Shown in pieces: positions 19,684 to 29,037 of a stretch of DNA of 29,037 nucleotides. The translations under genes were made by a program, and so were the position numbers. The stretch comes from a virus. Taxonomy: Duplodnaviria; Caudoviricetes. The stretch's first letter is position 1, and each line of letters opens with the position of its first letter. The notes beneath the pieces were generated by a model. The model searched no databases. It was not told where the DNA came from and saw only the letters and a program-made list of their open reading frames with translations. The DNA lies in the IMG/VR virus record IMGVR_UViG_3300009181_000259, positions 1-29,037 of that record; one strand, written 5' to 3'.

Positions 19684-21081
19684 ATGAAAAAAACATATAT
19701 TCTGGACACAAACGTATTACTCTCAGATGGTAATTCTTTGTTTGGTTTTGAAGAGCATGACTTGGTACTTCCACTTATCGTACTGGAAGAACTTGATCGC
19801 CACAAAGATCGCCAAGATGAAGTGGGACGCAATGCTCGTGAAGTGGTACGTAAATTAGCAGATCTAACAAAAATAGAAAAGGATTTTAAAGCCGGTATTC
19901 CTCTAGGAAAAAATCTTGGAATATTACGCATTCTTTCAATTGAAGATATCTGGACCAATGGAACACCTCTCGAAAAATTACCAGTTGAAATGCAAGAAAA
20001 GAAAAGCGGCGATAATACCATCGCTCAATTCTGCGTAAATTATGCAGCAAAATATAAAGACCAAGTAATTGCCCTTGTAACTCGTGATACTATATTACGA
20101 CTAAAAGCACAGGCACTAGGTGTTGTTTGTGAAGATTATCGTAAATTCAATGTTGCAACAAGCGCAAGCACTCTTTATTCCGGTGTCGCCACCATTGAAA
20201 GAGATGATGTGGTTGTAGCTGATTTTTACTCAAAAGAAGAATTCTTCCTGCCACAAGAAGTTGAATCTGGATTGGTGCCTAATCAATTCGTTATCATGAA
20301 AAATGGCCAGCAGTCAGCCGTTGGCCGATTTAATGGAAAAGGTGAACCACTTAGCAAAATACAAAAACATACCAGTAAACTTATTCCAAGGAACAAAGAA
20401 CAAGAATTTGCAACAGACCTTTTGTTCGATCCAGACATTAAATTAATCACACTTAGCGGAAAAGCCGGTACAGGAAAAACATTGACCAGTATTAATGCTG
20501 GTCTAGAACAAATATTAAACCAAAAGCGTTATAACTCTCTTGTGATTTGTAGACCCGTGATGCCTGTAGGTAAGGATGTTGGTTTTCTTCCTGGTACGCT
20601 AGACGAAAAACTAGAGCCATGGCTCGCTCCAATCAAGGATAATCTTAGATTTCTGCTTGGAACTAATAAACCACCTACTGCCGCTGTCGGTGGGCGTAAA
20701 GTAAAAATGGAAGAAAAGGGCGGCAAAAATAAATTCGATGAACAAATTCTTCAAAGCTATTTTGAAGATGGCATCATTGAAGTGCAGGCACTAACATTTA
20801 TTCGTGGTAGATCTATTGCAAATGCCTTTATCATTATCGATGAAGCACAAAATACTTCATTGCATGAAATAAAAACCATCCTCACTCGTGTTGGTGAAAA
20901 TACCAAAATTGTATTATGCGGGGATGTAGAGCAGATAGATAATACATACATCGATTCCGTTAGCAATGGTCTTTCAATCGTAATAGAAAGATTCAAAAAT
21001 GAAAAAATTGCAGCGCATGTAACGTTTACCAAAGGTGAGCGGAGTTTACTAGCTACCCTTGCTTCTGAGATACTTCAGTGA
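19684..21081 (+). CDS. phoH: PIN domain-PhoH ATPase (PhoH2/YlaK-like)
   Basis: YILDTNVLL, VLEELD, VTRD; GKAGTGKT, GFLPG, RGRS, IIDEAQN, GDVEQID. Confidence 0.95.
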   Translation: MKKTYILDTNVLLSDGNSLFGFEEHDLVLPLIVLEELDRHKDRQDEVGRNAREVVRKLADLTKIEKDFKAGIPLGKNLGILRILSIEDIWTNGTPLEKLPVEMQEKKSGDNTIAQFCVNYAAKYKDQVIALVTRDTILRLKAQALGVVCEDYRKFNVATSASTLYSGVATIERDDVVVADFYSKEEFFLPQEVESGLVPNQFVIMKNGQQSAVGRFNGKGEPLSKIQKHTSKLIPRNKEQEFATDLLFDPDIKLITLSGKAGTGKTLTSINAGLEQILNQKRYNSLVICRPVMPVGKDVGFLPGTLDEKLEPWLAPIKDNLRFLLGTNKPPTAAVGGRKVKMEEKGGKNKFDEQILQSYFEDGIIEVQALTFIRGRSIANAFIIIDEAQNTSLHEIKTILTRVGENTKIVLCGDVEQIDNTYIDSVSNGLSIVIERFKNEKIAAHVTFTKGERSLLATLASEILQ

Positions 21082-21087
21082 ATATTG

Positions 21088-21114
21088 CCTCTCTAGTATA
21101 TACTATTAGAGAGG
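21088..21114 (+). promoter_or_regulatory. RBS-sequestering hairpin upstream of the GIY-YIG gene
   Basis: CCTCTCTA / TAGAGAGG stem covers the GAGG SD; TATACT in the loop. Confidence 0.65.
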
Positions 21115-21123
21115 TGACGATTT

Positions 21124-22397
21124 ATGAAGTTTAAACATGAAGGCAATTTACTTAAGTCTGGTATCTACAAGATAACAAATACAATAAATCAGCGCATATA
21201 TATCGGTTCTACTAAACTTTTTAAAATAAGGCATAGTCAACACACTTATGCTCTTCGTAAACAAAGACACGGCAACAAGTTTCTTCAAGCCGACTTTAAT
21301 AAATGTGGCGAAGACGCTTTTATATTTGAACTTATTGAAATAACAGATGGAAAAACGAAAGAAGAGCGGCTTTTAATAGAGGAAAAATATCTTGAAAAAT
21401 ATTATGATTCTTGCAATACATGCTACAATTTTGTTACGAAAGCAACTTCATCAGAAGGTCATAGTTTTAAAAACCTAGAAGAAACAAAAAGAAAAATGTC
21501 AGAGTCGCAAAAGCTCCGTTTTCAAAATAATCCAGAATTACGTAAGCAGCAATCTGAAAAATCAAAAATAAACTGGCAGCATCCAGAATATATTGAAAAA
21601 ATGAGACCAGTTATCAAAAAATTTGCTGGTTGGAATAGGGGTATAAAGATGCCAGAAATTTCTGGCGAAAAACATCCTAATTATGGAAAGCATCACAGCG
21701 AAGAATCTAAAAACAAAATGAAAGAATCTTTAAAGGGTCGTATGCCTTGGAACAAGGGAGTTTATGGATATACCTCTGTTCCTTGTTCTGAAGAAAAGAA
21801 AGAGAAATTAAGAAAAGCTAACATTGGAAAAATTATTTCTGATGAAGCGAAAGAAAAAATATCTAGAAACCGCAAAGGTAAAAATGCCGGAAAGAATAGT
21901 GCTTCCGCAAAAGTTTATGAAGGGTTCCAGTTATTATCCCCTAATGGGACCATTTATACAAAAATTGAATGTTTAACCGATTTTGCAGATGAGCATGGAT
22001 TGAATATGAAATGTCTATGGAAGCTTTTAAAAGGCTTAACACCAAGCACAAGGGGCTGGACATTGGCAAATACAATAAAAAGCAACGTGACCCGGCAACT
22101 TTTCGCAAGGGAGAAAAACATCCCATGTATGGCAAGCACCACACAGAGGAAGCAAAAAATAATATAAGGCTTGCTAAAATAGGTAAAATGGAAGGCATGG
22201 AACATCCGAATGCAAAAGTTTATCGAGGTTTACGCCTTTTGAGTCCAGATGGGGCTATGATTACCGAGATAGATTGTTTAGCAGATTTTTGTCGTGAAAA
22301 TGATTTGAAACCAACGAGCCTTTGTGCAGTTTTGAATGGTAGGCGAAAATCCACAAAGGGCTGGGAATTAGCAAACGATAATATCATAGCTTCTTAA
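21124..22397 (+). CDS. GIY-YIG homing endonuclease with NUMOD3 repeats; -1 frameshift near 22077-22081
   Basis: SGIYKITN..RIYIGST. The second frame (22011..22397) repeats the GEKHPxYGKHH and AKVY.G..LLSP.G...I.CL.DF modules of the first. Confidence 0.85.
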
Positions 22398-22401
22398 AAG
22401 G

Positions 22402-23346
22402 TCACTTTATCAAAAATTTAACTAGCGCCTCAAACTCTTCAATCGATCCATTGCTCTTTAATGAATTGGCACGATAAGAGCAAAACATTAAATTATCTAG
22501 TTCGTATCCTTTGTTATTATCAATGCGATCAATTGACAGAGAATTATTATTTCTTTTATTGCCTACAGTTATATCAATTCCTAAAATTGGACATTTCAAA
22601 GGGATTCGATTACATAATATATCTTTATCTGATTTAGATAAGGAGTAATTTATCCCTCTTGTTTTAGCGCTATGTTTGGCAAGATTAAGCAATCTTCTAG
22701 CCTTTTGTTTGTATAATTTATCGGTTGAGTGTTGAATTGGCCGAGTATTTGTTGCCTTTAAAAAAGACAATATTTTTTTAAATTCTTCTATGGTTCCATC
22801 TTTTTTTAAAGAGTTGGCTCTGTAGGATATTACCATAACGTTGTTTTTCACATAACCTTTATAATTATCGATTCTATCCAGCGAAGGGGATAGCCATCTA
22901 TTTTTTCCTGTTAGGTCATATGGTGTTAACAACACTGGACAGCTTGATGTTAGGATAATATCTGATAGCTCTATATTAAAATCTCTTGAATGTTTTCTAG
23001 CTCTATTTTTTGCTTTGAGCAATAGCAAGTATTCTCTATTTTTGATATAGTATTCTTTTTTATATTTTGTAGTTTTTGCGGGATTTTCTTTATATCTTTT
23101 ACGCTGATTATTTCTTATTGCTTCACGATTTTTAATTGCGTAATTTTTGTTATATTCTTTATAATATTTTTTATTTATTTTTCTGTTTGTTGCGGCATTT
23201 GTTTTTTCTGCCGCAGAATTTTGCTTATAACGTTCTTTTCTTTTTTCTGAGAAACATTCTTTGCACCAAGAAGAAAATCTATTTTTAGATTTATAGAAGT
23301 AAAAACAAGTTTCTGGTTTATCATTTGAGCAGCTATTGCATTGCAT
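22402..23346 (-). CDS. HNH-like endonuclease with two tandem nuclease domains
   Basis: CPVL..SPSLDRIDNYKGYVKNN..ISYRANSLK and CPIL..SLSIDRIDNNKGYELDN..CSYRANSLK; N-terminal CxxC/CxxC. Confidence 0.8.
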   Translation of the reverse strand: MQCNSCSNDKPETCFYFYKSKNRFSSWCKECFSEKRKERYKQNSAAEKTNAATNRKINKKYYKEYNKNYAIKNREAIRNNQRKRYKENPAKTTKYKKEYYIKNREYLLLLKAKNRARKHSRDFNIELSDIILTSSCPVLLTPYDLTGKNRWLSPSLDRIDNYKGYVKNNVMVISYRANSLKKDGTIEEFKKILSFLKATNTRPIQHSTDKLYKQKARRLLNLAKHSAKTRGINYSLSKSDKDILCNRIPLKCPILGIDITVGNKRNNNSLSIDRIDNNKGYELDNLMFCSYRANSLKSNGSIEEFEALVKFLIK

Positions 23347-23442
23347 AATTGTAGTATAATTTAAAATATTTTTGTTTGTTGATGTGTAATATTTTAAAAA
23401 TAAACACTATTATATTTGCCGCATATTTAAGCTACATGGATT

Positions 23443-24150
23443 ATGGCAGGATTTAACCCAAATAGAAAAAAGAAGACTTATTCTTTTAACCGCTCTCAAG
23501 CGTCACAAATTGTATCTGCCAGTGTAAATGGCAAGGTAGAATATTTTGATGCGACGTTGGTTGCGGTTGATAGTCCATTTTATATTCTGGACATTCCGAA
23601 TAGCCAAGGTATACCTCCACCACCTCCACCGCTACCACCCGGCCAATATGACGAGGATGTAATTGATTTCACTTGGGAAGATACAAAAAGCGTGCCTCTT
23701 AATATTACTTTTTCTTCAGAGCCAATTGTTACATTAGAAATTTTACCAGCTGGTGGATATGAGAACATTGTTGCATTTTTAGGAAACGTATCGCAAGGAA
23801 ACATAGTAGTCAATTTATCTGCACCGCACAGTGGTAAAATTGTCTATAGGGCCATTTATTCATCAGTATACCCAACAGCGGTCAGTAGAAGTGTTGTCAG
23901 CACATCGTATTTTTATACAGCTTCTGCTGGTTATAATGATTTAATTAATCAAGACGAAATTCTGGCTAATTATTCTCTATTGACAGCTAGCACTGCTCCA
24001 ACGAATATATTTTTTACTACGAGAGACATAAATAATAATGGGGATGCCGATGTTGCAATTGTGGGAACTGGCTCGTTTGGATTAACGAGTACAGCAGTAA
24101 GCTTTTCTGCACCAATTACAAATCGAGTATATTATTTAGCAGTCAAGTGA
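23443..24150 (+). CDS. Probable virion structural protein (235 aa)
   Basis: Beta-rich composition, poly-Pro linker, first gene of the tail-like cluster. Confidence 0.7.
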   Translation: MAGFNPNRKKKTYSFNRSQASQIVSASVNGKVEYFDATLVAVDSPFYILDIPNSQGIPPPPPPLPPGQYDEDVIDFTWEDTKSVPLNITFSSEPIVTLEILPAGGYENIVAFLGNVSQGNIVVNLSAPHSGKIVYRAIYSSVYPTAVSRSVVSTSYFYTASAGYNDLINQDEILANYSLLTASTAPTNIFFTTRDINNNGDADVAIVGTGSFGLTSTAVSFSAPITNRVYYLAVK

Positions 24151-24169
24151 TTGAAACCGGAGAATATAA

Positions 24170-26944
24170 ATGACATATGATTTTAGAGCACAACAGGTAA
24201 GATTAAATCGGATCATCTCCTCCGGTTCCATTCCAATTTTAATTTATGCATCATCCAGCGCAACAGATTTGCAAGGTGGAAAAACATTCCCAGATCCTGG
24301 TTCAGATGTATTTTTATTTATTTCTGGCAGTTCTTCCGCAAAAACTGTTTTTGGTGGCGATGTTGTTATTTCGGGAAGCTTAACCTCTTCTATTGTTTCG
24401 GCATCACAAATAACAGGATCACTGCAAAATATTACCACCGGTATTCCATATCTCGTTGGTGGAACAAACATAACTCTCGCCACAAGTAGCATTGGTCAAA
24501 TAACAATAACATCAACAGCAGGTTCAAGTGGTGGTGACGTTAGCGCTTCTTATGTTGTTTTATCGGCAACCAGTTCTCTGGCCAATGAGCGCATTTTAAC
24601 TGCTGGTAATGGTATACGCTTGACGGATGGTGGGGCAGGTAGCTCAATAACCATATCTGAAGTAATATGGACTGAACAAACAAGTATATTTGCATCAACG
24701 ACTTCTTCAATAGGCATAAAAACGTCAATAGATCATACCGGCGTTGATTTATTCATATCAGGTAGTGATACCACAGGCAACGGAGCCAATCTTGTTCTAT
24801 ATAACGATTTAAGTGGCTTTGGATTACCAAGACTAACCCTGAGCAGTTCCAGTGGCTCTCTTGGGGGTTTGGTAGGATATGATGATGATGTTAATGGTTT
24901 AGTCGATGGCATTAATATTGATGTCCCAAACAGCAGAAATTTTGGTGTTCGTATTGGTGGCAATACAACGGCAGCAACAATAGATTCAGCAGGTAATTTA
25001 AACGTTCGCAGTGGGAGTACTAGTACTGGTTACTTTGATGTTGTTAATACAATAGTAGGCATTGGTGTTACTCCACCTAATTTGGCGGGAACATATACAA
25101 ACGCAACTAGAATGGTCATCAAAGACACAGATAGCAGTGGTAATAAATACCAGCTATTTTTATCTAACGAAAACCCAGGAACAAATTTAAATTCCGGTAT
25201 AGCTTTTGCTTTTGGCCCATCAAACATTTCTGGTGCCATCTATGCCAAGTCTGATACAACAGGTGATGACCGCAAGGGATTAAATGCTCTCATACCCGCT
25301 GGCAACAGCTTTAGCTGGCGTACTACGGGCGCTCATTTAGGCGAGTTGACAGATAGTGGCAACCTGATTATATCGGGCTCTGTTAAGGCGTATACGGGCT
25401 TCACGGGATCTTTAAGTGGGACCATTGGTGGATTGCCATTTATTCTTGGCGGTCCAAACATCACGGCGAGCTATAACTCCCTTGGCCAATGGGAAATAAC
25501 AGGTTCAACAGGTTCCAATGGAACAGGCAGTGTTACCCCATTCTTTACTGGAGTTCCTTCTTCTGTAGATTTTGCTTTCTCGGGTTCTGTTCTCAGCGCC
25601 TCCAATGGTAATCATGTCCATAGCCCTCCTGATGGATTAGTAACAACTGATCAAACATCTTTTGCGGAAAATTTCTGGCTTATAACATCTGGCTCGGCAT
25701 CAATGCCCGGCAATACGCCCACAGGTTCTTTTCCCGGCGATGGTGTTGCTCGTTTAATATTTGGTGCCACGGTTGGGTATACCGTTGGCGGTCCTTACTT
25801 CGGCTATGCGTCGAACGATTATTTTACGGGCGATATATCCTCTAGGGTCGAACGATCACTAATGGCCCAAGGCTACAAGGGTGCGAAATTAACAGTCAGA
25901 GCAAGAATAGCCAGCAAAACTGGCGGTCCCTACAACTATTTTGGAGAAGTTGGTGCTGGAATTTTTCTTCGTAATGATGACGATAGCAAAAACATACATT
26001 TTTATATAACTTCAGGATCTACAAATGTAATTACACAAGGTACTTCTGGAAGCATTGTTCAAAGTCCATTACCAAGTAATCCAGCATTTGATGGAACTAC
26101 TTGGCTGGAAATGTCGATTGTTAATGGCACTCAAGTTATTTGCTCTGTTATTCAAAACGGAGTATCTACAACCGTTGATAGTAGAATATATTCTTCTTTT
26201 GATGTTACTAAGTGGGGTATGTTCGGTTTATGTACTAATGGTACGCCTGGGTATACTGTTGATTTTGATTATCCGCAAGAGCAGATCAAACAACTCCCAA
26301 CCAACATTGGTTTGAGCTTAATAGAGGCTGCAACTCAACTTGACGCACGCAATATAATTGGCGCAGGATCGCCATCGGCGGGTGGATTAGACAAACAAAT
26401 CCAGTTTAATAGTGGAAGTACATTTAGCGGTTCATCCAACTTAACCTATAACTACACTACAAACACTCTCACTCTAACAGGATCATTAACTGCTTCTACA
26501 GTTGTTGCTGGTGGAGTAAACATAACACCAGTTACTGCCAGCTTGTTCGTTTATGGGGATGGAACTAATCGTGGTAGTGGATCTATCTCTGGATTGTTTG
26601 AGACAGGCTCATTAATGACCCCTGGAACAGTTGGTAAGTTCGATGTTGAAGTCCTTGCAATGTCCTACGGTTCACAGACTGGTGCAAGTTGGAAATATAC
26701 GGCAACAGCACTGTGGCCTAGTTCTGGAAACTTTAGTTTTATTGCGGCAACAGAACTTGCTGCCGAATATGGGCCAACTGCTGGTAGTTATAATCCAGCA
26801 GCAGAATGGGATGTAAATTTTAATAGCCTTGGGCAGATAGAGCTTACAGGGTCTGCGCCTACTCTGGCATTACCGGGCGGTACTAGTTTCTATGTTCAAG
26901 TAACCAAAAAAATGGTTGCAACGTATGGAACTATATTAGCATAG
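24170..26944 (+). CDS. Tail fibre-like protein, Ser/Gly/Thr-rich (924 aa)
   Basis: Repeated [S/T]GS; YLVGGTNIT modules; GGLDKQIQFN motif; C-terminal domain shared with the next gene. Confidence 0.75.
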   Translation: MTYDFRAQQVRLNRIISSGSIPILIYASSSATDLQGGKTFPDPGSDVFLFISGSSSAKTVFGGDVVISGSLTSSIVSASQITGSLQNITTGIPYLVGGTNITLATSSIGQITITSTAGSSGGDVSASYVVLSATSSLANERILTAGNGIRLTDGGAGSSITISEVIWTEQTSIFASTTSSIGIKTSIDHTGVDLFISGSDTTGNGANLVLYNDLSGFGLPRLTLSSSSGSLGGLVGYDDDVNGLVDGINIDVPNSRNFGVRIGGNTTAATIDSAGNLNVRSGSTSTGYFDVVNTIVGIGVTPPNLAGTYTNATRMVIKDTDSSGNKYQLFLSNENPGTNLNSGIAFAFGPSNISGAIYAKSDTTGDDRKGLNALIPAGNSFSWRTTGAHLGELTDSGNLIISGSVKAYTGFTGSLSGTIGGLPFILGGPNITASYNSLGQWEITGSTGSNGTGSVTPFFTGVPSSVDFAFSGSVLSASNGNHVHSPPDGLVTTDQTSFAENFWLITSGSASMPGNTPTGSFPGDGVARLIFGATVGYTVGGPYFGYASNDYFTGDISSRVERSLMAQGYKGAKLTVRARIASKTGGPYNYFGEVGAGIFLRNDDDSKNIHFYITSGSTNVITQGTSGSIVQSPLPSNPAFDGTTWLEMSIVNGTQVICSVIQNGVSTTVDSRIYSSFDVTKWGMFGLCTNGTPGYTVDFDYPQEQIKQLPTNIGLSLIEAATQLDARNIIGAGSPSAGGLDKQIQFNSGSTFSGSSNLTYNYTTNTLTLTGSLTASTVVAGGVNITPVTASLFVYGDGTNRGSGSISGLFETGSLMTPGTVGKFDVEVLAMSYGSQTGASWKYTATALWPSSGNFSFIAATELAAEYGPTAGSYNPAAEWDVNFNSLGQIELTGSAPTLALPGGTSFYVQVTKKMVATYGTILA

Positions 26945-27017
26945 ATTAATGTTGCATTAATATTTTATTATACATATTTATTACCAATCCAGGGATGGAT
27001 TAGGAGTATAATAAGCC

Positions 27018-28697
27018 ATGACAATAAAACGCAAAACGCAACTGAACCTAAGTGGTTCGCACCGGGATCTGGATGCAGATTTCGCTCATATCGGCTCGGC
27101 CCTCTTTGTTACAGGTTCTTCACAGTTCACTGGATCAGTTAACGTCGATGATGTGTTATCTGCTTCTGGCGACCTTTCCACCGCAGGAATTTTGCGAGTT
27201 CAAGGAGGAACTCAACTAACTGGCGCACTTAACCTTGCTGCTGACCTGTCTGCTTCTGGCAACATTACTTCAGCTGGTGTTGTTTCTGGTAGTACAGGTA
27301 GATTTACTTATCTTTCTGGTGCTTTGAGTGCATCTTCAACAGGTTTACCGTTTCTCGTTGCTGGTTCTAACATTACAGCAAACTGGAGCAATACAAACCT
27401 AAACTGGGAGATTACAGGTTCTGGCGGTGGTGCCACGCCAGCTGGCGTAGACCGCACAGTTCAGTTCAATAACAATGGCGCATTTGCTGGAGATCCCGAT
27501 CTCCAGTTTTACTCTAACAGTCTTGGTAATATCGGTGCCAACACTTTGGCTTTCCCATCTGGTAATGTTGGCGTCCTAAGTGGATCAAATATTGATAACC
27601 AAGCCTATACTCTTGTGTTTTCTGGGGCTGTCGCCAGCATCCCTGGTGGCCAAGGCGGACCATTTCCGGGGGTTTTCGACCCAGCGATGGTGGTCCTGAC
27701 GCCAGTTCTTATGTCTCAAAGCTTTATGCTTTTTGATGGCTACCATGATCCGCTTGGCTTGGGAGATTCTGAGGCTCCCCCCGGTGGCGGCTTGGCTCTT
27801 GCTAACGATGCAAAATTTACGTTATACAGTGGCTCATGGACCCCACTTCCTAGTGATATTCCTGGCGGTAAAGACCCACTTGTATCTATCTTTAATCAAG
27901 GAGAAAGGGGTATTATATCAGTAGTTGGCCAACTAACTGTTCAATCTTCGAGCACAGATCAAAACAATATCTTTCAAGTTGGTGCATCCAACACGGCTGG
28001 TCAAGTTCAACTAACGAATGTAGGTACAGCTGATTTCATTTCTGGTGCCGTAAGACTTACTTACGGCTCTGAATTTACCGTTTTTTCTGGCAGTGGTGGC
28101 ACTGCTCAATTCACAGTGTATCCATCTTTAACTTCAGGAAAAGTAGATGCATCGCTTAACGGACTTATGACAATAATGTCAGGCTCTTTGTATGTAAATT
28201 CTGGAAGTTCTTCCGATGGTTCTTTCCAAATTGTACCATCAGCTACAGCGGGCCAAGTAAACGTCATATTTGATCGTGATGGTTCTACGGTTGAAGGGCA
28301 ATACTTCCAAGGCATCAATGTTCGTCCACTATATGTCACCATGTCAACAGTTGGAGCGACGGGCACTGAACTTTCTGGAACATTGCTTGCAAACAATCTT
28401 GCTAACCAATCCATTGGTAAACTAGATTTCAACGTGATTGCTGCAAGCGCAGCAGATGACTACGCAAGCTTTACCTTCTCTGCAACAGTACGCAGAAACT
28501 CTTCTGGCGCAACATCTGTTATCAGCTATACAGAACTTGACTCAGCACTTGAAGGCGCAGCCGCAACTGCTCCATGGGATGTAAACATCAGTGATAATGG
28601 AACAATCTACTGCACAGGTTCAGCCGGTACAGTACATTGGTATGCTCAAGTAACCAAGAAGATGGTTCTTTCTGGTTCTGGCCTTATCACCTACTAA
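27018..28697 (+). CDS. Tail fibre-like protein (559 aa)
   Basis: AGGAG RBS; FLVAGSNIT, AGVDRTVQFN, WDVN..QVTKKMV shared with the 24170 gene. Confidence 0.75.
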   Translation: MTIKRKTQLNLSGSHRDLDADFAHIGSALFVTGSSQFTGSVNVDDVLSASGDLSTAGILRVQGGTQLTGALNLAADLSASGNITSAGVVSGSTGRFTYLSGALSASSTGLPFLVAGSNITANWSNTNLNWEITGSGGGATPAGVDRTVQFNNNGAFAGDPDLQFYSNSLGNIGANTLAFPSGNVGVLSGSNIDNQAYTLVFSGAVASIPGGQGGPFPGVFDPAMVVLTPVLMSQSFMLFDGYHDPLGLGDSEAPPGGGLALANDAKFTLYSGSWTPLPSDIPGGKDPLVSIFNQGERGIISVVGQLTVQSSSTDQNNIFQVGASNTAGQVQLTNVGTADFISGAVRLTYGSEFTVFSGSGGTAQFTVYPSLTSGKVDASLNGLMTIMSGSLYVNSGSSSDGSFQIVPSATAGQVNVIFDRDGSTVEGQYFQGINVRPLYVTMSTVGATGTELSGTLLANNLANQSIGKLDFNVIAASAADDYASFTFSATVRRNSSGATSVISYTELDSALEGAAATAPWDVNISDNGTIYCTGSAGTVHWYAQVTKKMVLSGSGLITY

Positions 28698-28709
28698 TCT
28701 ATCCTAAAA

Positions 28710-28741
28710 TGTTTGCCGTGGGAAAACTGCTGCGGCAAACA
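28710..28741. terminator. Intergenic hairpin, probable terminator
   Basis: TGTTTGCCG...CGGCAAACA stem just after the stop at 28697; no clean U-tract on the + strand. Confidence 0.55.
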
Positions 28742-28809
28742 AATTATAAACTTACAATTATTTTTTTTCTTGATAGTTATATTCAATTATAGCCTCTAGG
28801 GGGACTCCT

Positions 28810-29037
28810 ATGTCATTAGAACGTAAACCATTATATCTTACACTGGACAGCATAAAACAGTTTGAGTTACCAACCACGGCGAGTGCTGTAGGTATTGACC
28901 TCAATACGGGCAAACAACTATATTACAATACAAGTTCAAACAACTGGTCTATTCAGTCATCATTTACAGGGTCTGTTACCAAACTAACAGATGGCTCAGA
29001 TTACCTTATAGCTTCTGGTGCAGTAACTCTTACAACA
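28810..29037 (+). CDS. 5' part of another tail fibre-like protein (runs off the window)
   Basis: MSLERKPLYLTLDSIKQF...FTGSVTKLTDGSDYLIASGAVTLTT, same module as the two preceding genes. Confidence 0.75.
   Translation, partial: MSLERKPLYLTLDSIKQFELPTTASAVGIDLNTGKQLYYNTSSNNWSIQSSFTGSVTKLTDGSDYLIASGAVTLTT

Noticed and set aside
19684-21081. PIN-PhoH as a toxin-antitoxin or defence system
   Set aside because: No adjacent antitoxin-like gene; phoH-family genes are common in large phages.
26945-26961. Terminator between the two fibre genes (ATTAATG/CATTAAT)
   Set aside because: The stem is almost all A-T and could arise by chance in this composition.
26600-28697. Diversity-generating retroelement TR/VR pair in the fibre C-termini
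   Set aside because: Similarity is at protein level with differences at all bases, not adenine-specific, and no reverse transcriptase is in the window.

Overview
AT-rich, gene-dense segment that reads as part of a large (jumbo-type) tailed phage genome, translated with the standard code. This is inferred from gene content; no capsid or terminase gene is in the window. Metabolic and host-like genes: purA, a divergent Fe/Mn superoxide dismutase, PIN-PhoH, an RNase H-like YkuK protein, an Hc1 histone-like protein, a degenerate GroEL-like chaperonin and two YkgJ-type Cys-cluster proteins. Also present: four free-standing homing-type endonucleases, a spanin/holin-like membrane cluster with a nearby amidase endolysin, a lone Flp (type IVb) pilin, and [S/T]GS-rich tail-fibre-like proteins at the right end. 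The left edge holds what looks like a miniature IS200/IS605 derivative (left-end hairpin plus tnpB 3'/omegaRNA tail, no tnpB ORF) inserted antisense into a small gene. A recurring (A/C)TAnTTA motif precedes most + strand genes, and several start regions are sequestered in hairpins, as for T4 late genes. Two genes have single-base frameshifts in homopolymers that may be assembly errors. All family calls come from motif recognition by eye; no database search was run.
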